Below, piece by piece: positions 9,894 through 20,733 of a DNA stretch of 64,000 nucleotides. Within the stretch, counting starts at the first letter, position 1; each line of letters begins with the position of its first letter. The notes beneath the pieces are model-generated. The model worked only from the letters and a program-made list of their open reading frames with translations. It was not told where the DNA came from and searched no databases. The DNA is from Bacteroidales bacterium (GTDB lineage: Bacteria; Bacteroidota; Bacteroidia; Bacteroidales; WCHB1-69): assembly GCA_045598025.1 (NCBI GenBank), contig JAZLLH010000068.1, positions 6,234-70,233 on the forward strand, in the 5' to 3' direction. The translations under genes were made by a program, and so were the position numbers.

Positions 9894-11240
9894 ATGGAAC
9901 AACCATCTGAAAATCCTTCTTTAGGATACAAACTGTTATGGCGGTGGACAAAGTACGTCTATACTCATATCTATTACCGCAAAACCCATTATCTGCACAA
10001 AGACCGTATTCCGAAGGCAGGCACGCCCATTGTCTGCGTCAGCAACCACCAGAATTCCCTCTGCGATTCCCTGGGAAGTCTGTTCGCCTTTGATATGCGT
10101 TTTCTGCACCACATCAGCCGGGCAGATGTATTTCGTCAAAAACAGGTTGCCAAATTTCTGAGAGGTTTGGGCATTATTCCGGTATACCGAATCCGAGACG
10201 GTCGCGAAAAAATCAAAGACAACATTGAAATGTTCGATCAGGTGGAACAATACGTGGAACACGGAAACACCCTCGTCATCTATCCGGAAGCCACCCACAT
10301 GGACGGCAACTGGCTGGGTCGCTTCTATCTGTCTTACACGCGCATTGCATTTGAAGCTGCGGCCAAATCCGATTTTCAAAAGGATATAGTCATTCTACCC
10401 CATGCCCTCTACTACAAAGATTTCAAAAAACTGCAGAGCGAAATGATGGCCGACTTTTGCGAGCCGTTTTCACTCAAACCCTATTACGAGCGCTATAAGG
10501 AGCAGCCTCGACAGACTCAGGAAGAGGTAAACGAAATCATACGGAAAAAAATAAGGGAAAAAGTACTGGACATACAGGACAAAGAACACTACCAAACCAT
10601 TATGGATTTCCTGGAATATAGTCAAAATGCCTTTATGCGGGAAAAGGAAATTGACAACATACTGCTTCCCGAAGAATTGGCCTATCGGAAAAAACTGAAC
10701 TCCCTGTTGGAGCAGAAACAGCAAAGCGATTCGGATTTTATCACCGACCTGTACGCTCACACAGACGAGTACACTCAGGGATTGAAAAAGAACAGAATCA
10801 ATGAGTATGCACTTTTTCATCCCTTCGGAAAAGGAGACCTTCCGCGTTCCGGAGCGCTGTACCTGTTATTGTTCCCCTTCTACCTGCTCGGCATGATTCC
10901 GCACATTCTCCTTTACAACATTGCCCCATTCGTAGGGAAACGATTGGAAGACAAACTCATGCAGGCATCTATAGACATCTGCGTATGGACTTTCGGTCTT
11001 CCGCTTTTCTATTTGATTTTCTTTCTGCTGATCGGATGCTGCGGCAATTGGCTGACCGCCCTGCTGTTCGTTCTGCTTGCGCCCAGTTTCGGTAAACTCG
11101 CGCTATGGTACCACCGCAATTTCCAACAGGATCTGAAATGCTTCCGCGCAGGCATTCTCAAACGAAACAAAACAAAGTGGAGCCGATTGGGCGAACTGAG
11201 ACAGGCCTTAGACCAAGATCTGAAGACACTCGAGGCCTGA
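9894..11240 (+). CDS. Lysophospholipid (1-acyl-sn-glycerol-3-phosphate) acyltransferase family protein with C-terminal membrane domain
   Basis: HX4D motif (NHQNSLCD) and a PEATH block. C-terminal hydrophobic helices. Track start TTG 9870 lies inside the terminator T-run, so I prefer ATG 9894. Confidence 0.8.
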   Translation: MEQPSENPSLGYKLLWRWTKYVYTHIYYRKTHYLHKDRIPKAGTPIVCVSNHQNSLCDSLGSLFAFDMRFLHHISRADVFRQKQVAKFLRGLGIIPVYRIRDGREKIKDNIEMFDQVEQYVEHGNTLVIYPEATHMDGNWLGRFYLSYTRIAFEAAAKSDFQKDIVILPHALYYKDFKKLQSEMMADFCEPFSLKPYYERYKEQPRQTQEEVNEIIRKKIREKVLDIQDKEHYQTIMDFLEYSQNAFMREKEIDNILLPEELAYRKKLNSLLEQKQQSDSDFITDLYAHTDEYTQGLKKNRINEYALFHPFGKGDLPRSGALYLLLFPFYLLGMIPHILLYNIAPFVGKRLEDKLMQASIDICVWTFGLPLFYLIFFLLIGCCGNWLTALLFVLLAPSFGKLALWYHRNFQQDLKCFRAGILKRNKTKWSRLGELRQALDQDLKTLEA

Positions 11241-11243
11241 GTT

Positions 11244-12056
11244 TTGGATACACTCAGCCACATATTGCTGCGCCATCAGGAACGGGGACTAGAGGTTTTA
11301 TACCCCTTACTGTCCGAATCTGCCTGTATAGATTCTGCCCAAGCCCTGCTTTCTGTCCCCAAAGGGAAAGTATTGATTGTCACCGGATTCTTCTGTTTTT
11401 GTCAAGGAGAAACAGATGGTCCTTTGGGAAGCCATTTTCTGGCATTGGCACTGAAAGAACTGGGCTATCAACCCATCCTTGTTACCGATAAATTCAGCAG
11501 CATCTATTTTTCGCAGGAGAATTACCCACTGCTGCTTTATGATTTTGACAGCGATGCCAAGGCCATGCTGACCGCAGTGCATCCCACAGCCATGATTGCC
11601 ATTGAACGCTGTGGACGGGCGCGCGATGCACGCTACTATTCCATGAAAAAAAAGGACATATCCGATGTAACACCTCCTGCAGATGAATTGTTTCTGCTAA
11701 AACCGGACTCCTGCGTCAGCATCGGCATAGGAGACGGAGGAAACGAAATCGGCATGGGGAATTACTCGGATTCTTTGGAAAAAAGCGGAAAAATCATTCC
11801 TTCCTGCGTGCGCACAGAGCATACCATTGTCGCCACTGTTTCCAATTGGGGAGCATACGGTCTGATTGCCGCAATGGAAAAAATTTCCGGACACAATTTA
11901 CTGCCAAGTAACGAAGCGGTGTCAGCTTTTCTGCGGCAAATAGTCCGACAGGGAGCTCCAGACGGCATACAAGGCCCTGGACACTGCAGCACAGACGGCT
12001 TTGGAATAGAAGTGGATTTTGAAATACTGGAGGCTCTGAGAAAACTTTCCCTTTAA
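11244..12056 (+). CDS. DUF4392-like (D-glutamate cyclase-like) protein
   Basis: 270 aa. Only a TTG start is available. The ETDGPLG motif and overall look recall DUF4392; this assignment is from memory only. Confidence 0.45.
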   Translation: MDTLSHILLRHQERGLEVLYPLLSESACIDSAQALLSVPKGKVLIVTGFFCFCQGETDGPLGSHFLALALKELGYQPILVTDKFSSIYFSQENYPLLLYDFDSDAKAMLTAVHPTAMIAIERCGRARDARYYSMKKKDISDVTPPADELFLLKPDSCVSIGIGDGGNEIGMGNYSDSLEKSGKIIPSCVRTEHTIVATVSNWGAYGLIAAMEKISGHNLLPSNEAVSAFLRQIVRQGAPDGIQGPGHCSTDGFGIEVDFEILEALRKLSL

Positions 12057-12106
12057 ATCCCTCATAAAAACGCCAAACAGCGTTTCCCAACGACAAGAAA
12101 AGCTCT

Positions 12107-13387
12107 CTACTCTAAGGGTTCACAACAGAAATCAAACATCTGTTGAAAGGCCTGCTTGCAGACCGGACAAAAATTGTCATATTTGATGTCCTTCATTGTA
12201 CAATCCTTCCACGGACGGTACAATCCCTGGGCACAATAACCGGCCCCCTCGTATACACCGAGCGTCTCATTTTTAACTTCTTTGCTGGGTATTTCCGTTC
12301 CCGGTTCCAGCATATTCATCCATTTACGTTCAAAATTCACCAAACTGGTGATGTTGGGTTCCACGGGTTCGGTCCCTTCCGGATAAAAATCCTGAACAGC
12401 AACTTCCGAAGTATAATACTCGTCCGCCAGTCCGGCTATTCCGTGACCCAATTCATGTACACAGACATAATTGAAATACTGATTGTCGGAAACGGTGGAA
12501 TACCAATTGTAAATACCTCCGCCTCCGTATTTGGACGTATTGCAGAGAATCAGCACATGTTCGTAGGGTACCTGAGCGCAGAGAAGATGCAAAGACCATA
12601 CATCCTCCAGCATCAGATAACGTTCCGTCCCGAACGTATAGAAAGAGGTACCGAGAATGGTATTCCGAACGGAATCCGGAGATTTTTCTCTGGATATTCC
12701 GGATTGATTTGAATAACAACACAGAGCACGTATATTGAAGCGATGCGCGTTTTCTTTGAAAGGCGAACAGGACAGAATGGCATCCGCTGCTCTGCGCACA
12801 TCCTTTTGCAACTTGGCACTGTCCGATACAGCATATCCTTCCGGAACAATCAAAAGATCGTACGCATTGGCGACAGGAGCCACAACATGCAAATCCAACA
12901 CCTGGGCACGCTTGTGCATTTCCCTGGCCATACGTTGCTGAGGGGAATATACTTCTTCATGACGGAGTTCATACTCTCTTCCCTGTTGACGGGTATAGAA
13001 TGCAATCCTCACATCCTGCTTAGGCATCGGGAGCAACACGCATTCCCGAAACGCCTTGATCTTTGTTTTTCCTTCTTCCGTTGTACGATACTCCGAAAAC
13101 AAGGTATTGTAGGTATAGGTATACAGGAGTTTTCCGGAAACGGGATCACTCATTTCCACTTTCTGACAGCCGTATTCGAACTGGTCTATCAGGGACGTCT
13201 TGGATTTGGCCCATTCACCCTGACGGAAAAACGTCAACTGTGCATATTCGTCACTGGATTTATCTCCTTTGTGCGTATAGCGCACCACAAGGGTCTGCGG
13301 CAGAAAATACTCTTCAAAACGTACGGACTGTGCAAACAGACAGAAAGGAAGCAACAATACGATTAAAAAACAGGCTTTTTTCATCAT
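12107..13387 (-). CDS. M64 family (IgA-peptidase-like) zinc metallopeptidase
   Basis: 426 aa with a signal peptide. HELGHGIAGLADEY zinc motif, with the N-terminal beta domain typical of M64. Confidence 0.85.
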   Translation of the reverse strand: MMKKACFLIVLLLPFCLFAQSVRFEEYFLPQTLVVRYTHKGDKSSDEYAQLTFFRQGEWAKSKTSLIDQFEYGCQKVEMSDPVSGKLLYTYTYNTLFSEYRTTEEGKTKIKAFRECVLLPMPKQDVRIAFYTRQQGREYELRHEEVYSPQQRMAREMHKRAQVLDLHVVAPVANAYDLLIVPEGYAVSDSAKLQKDVRRAADAILSCSPFKENAHRFNIRALCCYSNQSGISREKSPDSVRNTILGTSFYTFGTERYLMLEDVWSLHLLCAQVPYEHVLILCNTSKYGGGGIYNWYSTVSDNQYFNYVCVHELGHGIAGLADEYYTSEVAVQDFYPEGTEPVEPNITSLVNFERKWMNMLEPGTEIPSKEVKNETLGVYEGAGYCAQGLYRPWKDCTMKDIKYDNFCPVCKQAFQQMFDFCCEPLE

Positions 13388-13416
13388 GATTCGGTTGTTT
13401 TTGAACTTTGTTTTTT

Positions 13417-16400
13417 TTATTCCTCAGCAGATGACTCGGTTTCCCAATTGTGCAGACGCAGGAATTTCTTCTTCACACCTAACTGCCCTATTGTATAGTG
13501 GTATGCAGATTGCCCTTTTTCTGCTGACAATATTTTCTTTTTCGGATCGGTTTCCTTGACAGCCTTGTTGAAATCAGCATTGGAAGACAGACCTTGCATG
13601 GCCGTTCCATAATAACGGAAGAAGAACCATTCATCCCCGATTTCAAAATACATCTGCAGAATACTCTGATTGCTCTTTTTCTGAATTTCTATCAAACCGG
13701 GCACGTAACGGTTCAGTTCCTTCTTTCCGCAAACAGCGATACCGATATCACCCTTGCTTACGAAAGCCTTGGTTGCCTGATTCCACTCGAATGTCAGATC
13801 GGAGAACATAAAGCTGATAGCCAATGCCCTCGGCAAACGACGGAAACTATTGTACTGAACCAATTCCGGATAATTTCTTCGGAATTCACTGCTTCCCAAC
13901 AAAGTCAACAGCGCGTTCTGATAATTGGTATTGTCCACGATATCAATAGCAGACAGATCAGAGGCATTGGCCATGGTATTGTACATGATTTTCATGCTCT
14001 CTTCGTTGAAATAGAAATCCAAAGCCGCGGACAAACTGATGGCGGCCGAATCCTGCTGCATATAATGGACGACACTCCCCACCGGAGTAAACGTCATCCG
14101 GCCGAATTTGGTTCCGAGGTTCAGTATTCCTTCTCCTCTTGACACACAACTGTTTCCGTCCAGCATCATGATGTTTCCTCCGGCCGATTCATCATCCAAG
14201 CGTTCGCGTGATGCCACCAGGAAGGCCTCTTTTTCCTTATCGTAAACCAACAGGCCCTGTGCACTGACATACTCAGGACTATTGATTGGTTCTTTGGCAC
14301 GGGCAAAAGCGGTAAATACCTTTCCGGTCTTGGTATTGGAGGCAATGGCCGCAGATACGCGACGGTTACTCATGTCGTGGGTTGTTGAATCAATAGGAAT
14401 GGTCACATCCTTCGGATTGATTTCGCCTTTATACTTGATGGCAGAATACATAACGGTGTCACAACCATGAATCGGACTCACACCGCCCTTGAATTCCAGG
14501 AATTCGTTTTCGGCATACAGGGTCACCTTGCCATAAAATCCGAAATGGGGATTCAGGGTAAACGAGGCCTCCCTTGCAATGTTTCCGATACCGCGAGTCA
14601 GGCCATTATGTGCAGACCAGACAGAATCCAGATGGATTTCATGCTTTTCCTCGTTCTCATCCACATAATTATAATCTCCATAGGCATTATACCAGTTCTT
14701 GGAAGCAATGTTGGCATGCACATGGAAAATTTCGTGGTACTGAGTCTCCGTATTGGCCAGAATCTTGGCTTCATCCAAAGGTTCCAGGAAACCTTCCTTC
14801 TTGATTTTCACGAGTCCTTTATTGGGGAAAAGTGCGGCATCCGCCACTTCGATGAAGCGGACTCCCTCTGCCAGAATTTCATAATGACGCATATCATACT
14901 CTGCCCGGGTAGTGGTAAACTGCAGTCCTTTCTGATCCGGACGCATGGACACCAGTTCGTTCCCCTCCGACTTCATGGCATACAGATCTTTGATTGGTGT
15001 GGAAGGAATGTCCACTTCCGCATAGGGATCTTCGTATTTGAAAGCCAGTTTTTCATCGTTCACCAGCCAGTCGAATTCCTTTGCATAGGTATAAAACTGA
15101 TTGATGGGCAGTTTCACCTGTTCCCGACCGGTATTGGAAACAAAGTGACCATGAGGCACGCTGAAATCAAGATGTGCCTGATGATTGAGTGCTTCTATAA
15201 AATACGAGTCCGTGAGAGAATCCTTCAAACGGAACGAAAGAGCATCGCTCTTCATTTCATGATGCAGGTATTGATAATCGTCACTCTGCATTTCCGCATT
15301 ACGGTACTTCATCAGCCCACCGGCCCTCACTCCGCGGGAGGAAACCGTCAGCACTCCATCCAAAGTGGCATCTTCGAAAGCAAGGAAAGGCGCCTTTTCA
15401 TTTTCCAGACGCATCACATCCTGATACGGAAGCCAGAGTGCATTCGCATTCTTTACACTGATGGGCGGATATTCCGTACCTCCGCTTTGGGCAGAAACCA
15501 CGTAGGTGTCAAAACGGGCTCTCATGGAATCCAAGAAGAACAGCATTTCTTTTCCTTCGCCATGAGAAACCAGATAATCCACGGAACCGGTGCAACGAAG
15601 TCCCCGGTTGCTCAAATCAATTTTTCCAGTAAAATTACCCGTTCCGTTATAGGCCGGCAAACCGTCGGATTCCGTTTCATACACGAAGCCAAGGGAGAAG
15701 TCCGGACGCACTTTCAAGGATTTGTGCAGTTCCGGGAAAATACCGTCAGAATAAAGATAACCGTTAAACAGCAGGGAATCCGTACTGTAATCGTCCAAAT
15801 GGGTAATGGTGAAAGGTTCTACAACAAAATAGAATCGATTCCGGTCGTACACCTTATTGTATACATATTCATGATCATAATACACTCTGCCAGGCAGACG
15901 GCTTTCAAAATAAGGATACTTCGGCATCGGAAGCGTACCGGATTTGTTGTTCGGTTCATCCACATACAATACACCGTTAATGTCTTCCACATAGGAACGC
16001 ACCCGTTTCAAAGGATATTCTCCCCGCATATTGGGTTGCATGGTTTTATCCTCCACATAGAACACCATGGAATCGATGACTACGAAGTCAAAATTGAAAT
16101 GCTCATAGGAAAATTTGCAATTGGTCACCCAGAAATCAAACAGACCGGCTTCCACCTTTCCGTGGAATAGGAAATCACGGTTTTTCTGCATGGTGATTTT
16201 TTTGCCCGTAGGAAAAACGGTCACTATCTGCGTATCACTGACAATAATCATGTCCAGACCATAAATGACCAGATCCCTGTTCAGAAAACTCAAAGTCGCA
16301 TTCGGCTTTCCGCCGGCCACCTGAGAACGGAATTGCAGTATATCATAATCTTTCTTCTTGGTTTCGTTCAGCAGATAATTTCCTAATTTCTGTTTATAGG

Positions 16401-17943
16401 TAATGATATCCGTCAGCATGTTGTAATCGATGAAACCGCCTTCGGCAAAACGGAACAGCAGACTGCGCACATCGTCCCGAGAATAACGGAAATACTCGAC
16501 GATATCATCCAAGGAACCCTGACGTACATGATTTTGACGAAAGAATTCATATAGAGTATACATGGGATTGATTTCTGACATGCCGCGAAATTTGTCCGTT
16601 CGACCTGCCTCAAAAAAGTTGGCCGATTCGAATACCGAAGACTGAGCCTCTACCGTTCCGGGAAGAGAGGTGAAATCAGCCGATTCCGTCGTCATCTGCC
16701 AATGGATGGATTCCTCATACATTTCCAACTGGTGGTAGGTGTTGAAAAAGGGCATGCGCATGGAACCGTCCTTACCTCGAATCAGCCAGAGATCCCGATT
16801 TTGGGCCTTGTAACGCAGCTGCACCGCAGAGTGATAGATGGAATCCTCTTCGCCTACGTACAGGGAGGCAGCACAAAGCGAAGATTCCACATTTTCCTTT
16901 TTCAGAAGGAAGGAAGTGGAACGGGCCCAAAGAACCATATTCCCGTTTTTGTAGAAAATCAGGTTGGCCAGATGATCCGGTGTGCCTTGTCCCAGGAAGC
17001 GGTTGCCGCGAACGAATACGCCTCCCAGATAGTCTACATCTTCGTACAGATTGTGAATACGGATGTTTTTATCATAAGAAGTGAAACGCGGATAGGTTGC
17101 TCCTTCCTCCGTCAATTGGGTATTGATAGCCTTGTCCTCCAGTTTCCCGAGCTGCGGCTTTTCAAAATAACGGAAATCATAGTACAGCACATTCTCTATT
17201 TCAATATTGGGCGCTTTCAGAATGATATTGTAACTCTTGATTTCCACATAAATCTCATTGGGCGCCAAACCGGCCCTTATCCAGTCTACGACACCTTCCG
17301 CTCCGGCAAATCTCAGCGTAGTCGGATAAAAGCGGCCGTTCGTTTGCCGGATGATTACACTGTCCTTCCCATTCGAACCCACCAGGTCCAGGTAAGGGAA
17401 GCGGATGCTGGGCACACTGTCGCACTCAAATAGGAAATCCATGCTGTTGCGGGCATACCAGTGCACAGAGGAAGTAAAAGTATTCAGTTCCCTATCTCTC
17501 ATTACTTTTTCATAACGTCCCATCAAATTGGCAAACTGATTGGCCTCATTGGCGACAAAATAGCGTACAGACTTCATAAATCCCTCTTCCTGAGATTTAT
17601 TCGGCACCATATCCGCCAAAGCCTGACAGGTGTGAATGAAAGCCTTGAAATGAGGGAAAGGCTTCATGCGCTTTTTCAGCATCAGGTTGGAAATATCAAG
17701 AAAGGACTGCTGCTGCGACTGAGACCATTCCGGCCAATGATCCGAAAAATACTGCACCAGCGTATCGGCATCCTTATTGTAGGACTTACTGACCGACCTT
17801 AGAAAAGCCGTCATTTCCGCAACCGTACTGTCGGTATTGGAGGAAAATTTCTTTATGGTGAACGACTGCGCATCCGCCTCCGGCAACCGACACCACCCGA
17901 ATAGGAGGACGATTCCGCACACTATCCAAATTTTCTTTCTCAT
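13417..17943 (-). CDS. Large secreted protein of unknown function (1508 aa)
   Basis: Uninterrupted 4.5-kb ORF. N-terminal signal peptide (…PEADAQS). Composition is rich in Y/F/N/D. I recognise no catalytic or repeat motif. Confidence 0.85.
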   Translation of the reverse strand: MRKKIWIVCGIVLLFGWCRLPEADAQSFTIKKFSSNTDSTVAEMTAFLRSVSKSYNKDADTLVQYFSDHWPEWSQSQQQSFLDISNLMLKKRMKPFPHFKAFIHTCQALADMVPNKSQEEGFMKSVRYFVANEANQFANLMGRYEKVMRDRELNTFTSSVHWYARNSMDFLFECDSVPSIRFPYLDLVGSNGKDSVIIRQTNGRFYPTTLRFAGAEGVVDWIRAGLAPNEIYVEIKSYNIILKAPNIEIENVLYYDFRYFEKPQLGKLEDKAINTQLTEEGATYPRFTSYDKNIRIHNLYEDVDYLGGVFVRGNRFLGQGTPDHLANLIFYKNGNMVLWARSTSFLLKKENVESSLCAASLYVGEEDSIYHSAVQLRYKAQNRDLWLIRGKDGSMRMPFFNTYHQLEMYEESIHWQMTTESADFTSLPGTVEAQSSVFESANFFEAGRTDKFRGMSEINPMYTLYEFFRQNHVRQGSLDDIVEYFRYSRDDVRSLLFRFAEGGFIDYNMLTDIITYKQKLGNYLLNETKKKDYDILQFRSQVAGGKPNATLSFLNRDLVIYGLDMIIVSDTQIVTVFPTGKKITMQKNRDFLFHGKVEAGLFDFWVTNCKFSYEHFNFDFVVIDSMVFYVEDKTMQPNMRGEYPLKRVRSYVEDINGVLYVDEPNNKSGTLPMPKYPYFESRLPGRVYYDHEYVYNKVYDRNRFYFVVEPFTITHLDDYSTDSLLFNGYLYSDGIFPELHKSLKVRPDFSLGFVYETESDGLPAYNGTGNFTGKIDLSNRGLRCTGSVDYLVSHGEGKEMLFFLDSMRARFDTYVVSAQSGGTEYPPISVKNANALWLPYQDVMRLENEKAPFLAFEDATLDGVLTVSSRGVRAGGLMKYRNAEMQSDDYQYLHHEMKSDALSFRLKDSLTDSYFIEALNHQAHLDFSVPHGHFVSNTGREQVKLPINQFYTYAKEFDWLVNDEKLAFKYEDPYAEVDIPSTPIKDLYAMKSEGNELVSMRPDQKGLQFTTTRAEYDMRHYEILAEGVRFIEVADAALFPNKGLVKIKKEGFLEPLDEAKILANTETQYHEIFHVHANIASKNWYNAYGDYNYVDENEEKHEIHLDSVWSAHNGLTRGIGNIAREASFTLNPHFGFYGKVTLYAENEFLEFKGGVSPIHGCDTVMYSAIKYKGEINPKDVTIPIDSTTHDMSNRRVSAAIASNTKTGKVFTAFARAKEPINSPEYVSAQGLLVYDKEKEAFLVASRERLDDESAGGNIMMLDGNSCVSRGEGILNLGTKFGRMTFTPVGSVVHYMQQDSAAISLSAALDFYFNEESMKIMYNTMANASDLSAIDIVDNTNYQNALLTLLGSSEFRRNYPELVQYNSFRRLPRALAISFMFSDLTFEWNQATKAFVSKGDIGIAVCGKKELNRYVPGLIEIQKKSNQSILQMYFEIGDEWFFFRYYGTAMQGLSSNADFNKAVKETDPKKKILSAEKGQSAYHYTIGQLGVKKKFLRLHNWETESSAEE

Positions 17944-17967
17944 TTTCTTGATTTAAAATAATACAAA

Positions 17968-18831
17968 TTATTTACTACCAAAGTTCGTTTTCTTCTTTAT
18001 CAGTTTCAGACCATCTTCAGTCAAATCTATCCATTGTTTTTTATACAAATCTCCTACCGCTTTCTTAAAGGTCTTCTTGCTTACACCGAAAACCTTGTAA
18101 ATCACATCCGGATCCGTTCGATCCGTATAGGGAACAAATCCGTGATTGCTGCGGATGTATTCCAAAAGGTAGGCAGAAAAATCGACCACCTTGTTGTATC
18201 CGGTCTTGTACAATACGATGTCCAGTTTTCCGTCCGGACGCACCTGATCGACAAAAGCACGCATTTTGTCACCATAATGCAAATCCGAAAACACTTCATC
18301 TGCATACAGCATACCTTTGTATTGCTGATCTACTATTACTTTGAATCCCAAATCCGTACGTTGATACACTATGATTTGCACACTGTCCTTGGGTCGGTAA
18401 ATATCGGAACCCTCCGTCCGCAAATGTTCTTCAATCTTCGTGGAGGCCACCATGCGTTGCGTCTGAGGATCAACAAAAGCATAGGCTACCACCTTTTCCC
18501 CCTCCTGCAAGCGGTGATGCTGCTCTCTATAAGGCACCAGCAAATCCTTGAGCAATCCGCATTCCAAAAAAGCGCCTACCGGTGTCATCTGTTTCACTCT
18601 CAACACAGCAAAGCCTCCAGCCTGGATTAAAGGCTGCTCCGTAGTTGCTACCAGCCGGTCTTCCGAATCAGTGTATACGAACACATTCACCTCATCTCCG
18701 ATTTTCCAGTCTGCCTGCACATATCTGCCAGGAATCAGAATCTCACCGAAAGGCTCCCCTCCGTCCGCTATCAGACCGAAATCCAATTTACGCGTAATGG
18801 TCAGTTTGTTATATCTTCCTATGCGTGTCAT
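17968..18831 (-). CDS. cvfB: S1-like RNA-binding protein, CvfB/YitL family
   Basis: 287 aa with N-terminus MTRIGRYNKLTI…DFG…, repeated S1-like modules, and a C-terminal winged-helix-like tail. Confidence 0.8.
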   Translation of the reverse strand: MTRIGRYNKLTITRKLDFGLIADGGEPFGEILIPGRYVQADWKIGDEVNVFVYTDSEDRLVATTEQPLIQAGGFAVLRVKQMTPVGAFLECGLLKDLLVPYREQHHRLQEGEKVVAYAFVDPQTQRMVASTKIEEHLRTEGSDIYRPKDSVQIIVYQRTDLGFKVIVDQQYKGMLYADEVFSDLHYGDKMRAFVDQVRPDGKLDIVLYKTGYNKVVDFSAYLLEYIRSNHGFVPYTDRTDPDVIYKVFGVSKKTFKKAVGDLYKKQWIDLTEDGLKLIKKKTNFGSK

Positions 18832-18840
18832 TTTCTGTTA

Positions 18841-20730
18841 TTATTCGTCTTTTTCTGAAAGTTCCAGCCAACGCATGGACTTCGCATCCAATTCATTCTG
18901 CAACTCACTATATCTTACAGAGGCTTCGGCCAAACGTTCTCCTCCCCCTTCAGGGCAAGAGAACAGCTGGTCCAAATCCTTCTTTTCCTGCTCCAGAACA
19001 GCTATTTCTGCTTCCAGACGCTCCATTTCTTTTCGTTCCTTATAAGTAAGCCTGTTTTTGTTTTCCGTCCGAACCGGCTTGGACACAGGTATTCTTTCCG
19101 CCTTGGCCCTGAGTTGCAAACCCCGTTCCAATTGAAGACTGAACTCTTTGTATTCGCTGTAGTTACCGTAAAAATCCTTGATATTTCCATCGCCCTGGAA
19201 CACAAACATATGATCGACCAGTTTGTCCATGAACCAACGGTCATGCGATACGACCAACAAACACCCTTGAAAATGCAGCAGAAAATCTTCCAGCAGATTC
19301 ATGGTATCAATATCAAAATCGTTGGTAGGTTCGTCCAGTACCAGGAAATTCGGATTGCGCATCAGCACCATCAGCAGATACAGTTTCCGCTTCTGTCCCC
19401 CACTCAAATCTTCATAATAGGTATACTGCACATCGTGACCGAATCCGAAATGATTCAGGAAATGGGAAGCCGTCCACTCGTGCCCGTCCGCCATACGGAC
19501 AATTTCCGCATGCTCTTTGACGATTTCAATCACCCTTTTGCCGTTGAAATGCTCTGACAGCCCGTCCTGACTGTAATAGCCGAACACGATGGTTCCACCG
19601 ACACTGATGCGGCCCGCATCCGGTTTCCGCTCCCCCATGAGCAGTTTCAGAAAGGTGGACTTCCCGCAGCCATTGGGTCCGACGACACCGCAACGTTCCC
19701 CTTTTTTGAAAATATAGGAAAAATCCTTGAGTATGGTTTTGTCCGCATAAGCAAAATCCAGGTTATCAATTTCCAGAATCTTGTTCCCGATACGGTCGGC
19801 CTGCACCGAAAATCCGGCTTCTTCCCGATGGACTCCGGAAAAAGCCTTTGCTTTCAATTCCTCAAAATGGTCCTTTCTCGCTTTGGCCTTGGTACCTCTT
19901 GCCTGTACGGAGGCATGCATCCAATCCAGTTCCCTGCGGTAGAGATTGCGGTATCGCTCCTGTTCCGCAGCCTGGTTGGCCAAGCGTTCAGCCTTTTTTT
20001 CCAAAAAATAGGAATAGTTTCCTTTGTAGCGATACAGTTTGGCCTGGTCTATTTCCAAAATATCATCACACACCTTGTCCAAAAAGAAACGGTCGTGTGT
20101 GACCAACAGCAGGGATTTGTTCGCGCTGGCCAAAAAAGATTCCAGCCACTCAATCATTTTGATATCCAAATGATTAGTAGGTTCATCCAAAATCCACAGA
20201 TCCGCATCCGACAACAAGGTTCGAGCCAATGCCACCTTTTTGCGTTCTCCTCCGGATAACTGCTCCATAGGAGCTAAAAGATTTGTGATTTGGAAACGGG
20301 AAAGCACCTCTTTGATTTCATTTTCCAAGTTCCAGGCCTGCAGACGGTCCATTTCTTCCAGACATTTTTCCATCGCCTCCCGGTTGGCATCGGTTGCATT
20401 GTGATGACAGGCCTCCCAATGGTATTCATAATCCCTCACAGCTGCAGTCAGCGGAGTATCGGCATCCAGTACGGCATCAAGCACACTGCCTGAAAACTCC
20501 CAGACATTGTCCTGCGGAAGATAGGCTACACGTGCATCTTTCCGTAAGGTCACTGTTCCCTCGTCCGGAAGTTCAATCCCCATAAGGATATTCAGCAGAG
20601 TGGTCTTGCCCGTGCCGTTTTTGGCAATCAGTGCTGTCTTCTGCCCCTTTTCAATACCAAAGGTAATTTGGTCGAACAAGAGCTTTTCTCCATAACTTTT
20701 GGACAGATTTTCAGCACTCAGCAGATTCAT
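18841..20730 (-). CDS. ABC-F family ATPase (translation-factor type, Uup-like C-terminal coiled coil)
   Basis: Two ABC cassettes (GKNGTGKTT and GPNGCGKST; two LSGGE/LSGGQ signatures), no membrane domain, and a charged coiled-coil tail. Confidence 0.9.
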   Translation of the reverse strand: MNLLSAENLSKSYGEKLLFDQITFGIEKGQKTALIAKNGTGKTTLLNILMGIELPDEGTVTLRKDARVAYLPQDNVWEFSGSVLDAVLDADTPLTAAVRDYEYHWEACHHNATDANREAMEKCLEEMDRLQAWNLENEIKEVLSRFQITNLLAPMEQLSGGERKKVALARTLLSDADLWILDEPTNHLDIKMIEWLESFLASANKSLLLVTHDRFFLDKVCDDILEIDQAKLYRYKGNYSYFLEKKAERLANQAAEQERYRNLYRRELDWMHASVQARGTKAKARKDHFEELKAKAFSGVHREEAGFSVQADRIGNKILEIDNLDFAYADKTILKDFSYIFKKGERCGVVGPNGCGKSTFLKLLMGERKPDAGRISVGGTIVFGYYSQDGLSEHFNGKRVIEIVKEHAEIVRMADGHEWTASHFLNHFGFGHDVQYTYYEDLSGGQKRKLYLLMVLMRNPNFLVLDEPTNDFDIDTMNLLEDFLLHFQGCLLVVSHDRWFMDKLVDHMFVFQGDGNIKDFYGNYSEYKEFSLQLERGLQLRAKAERIPVSKPVRTENKNRLTYKERKEMERLEAEIAVLEQEKKDLDQLFSCPEGGGERLAEASVRYSELQNELDAKSMRWLELSEKDE

Positions 20731-20733
20731 ATG

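Noticed and set aside
14467-16170. 567-aa ORF on the plus strand.
   Set aside because: It lies entirely antisense within the 1508-aa gene. It has a low-complexity, H/I/F/R-rich composition, no start context and no motifs. This is a typical shadow ORF.
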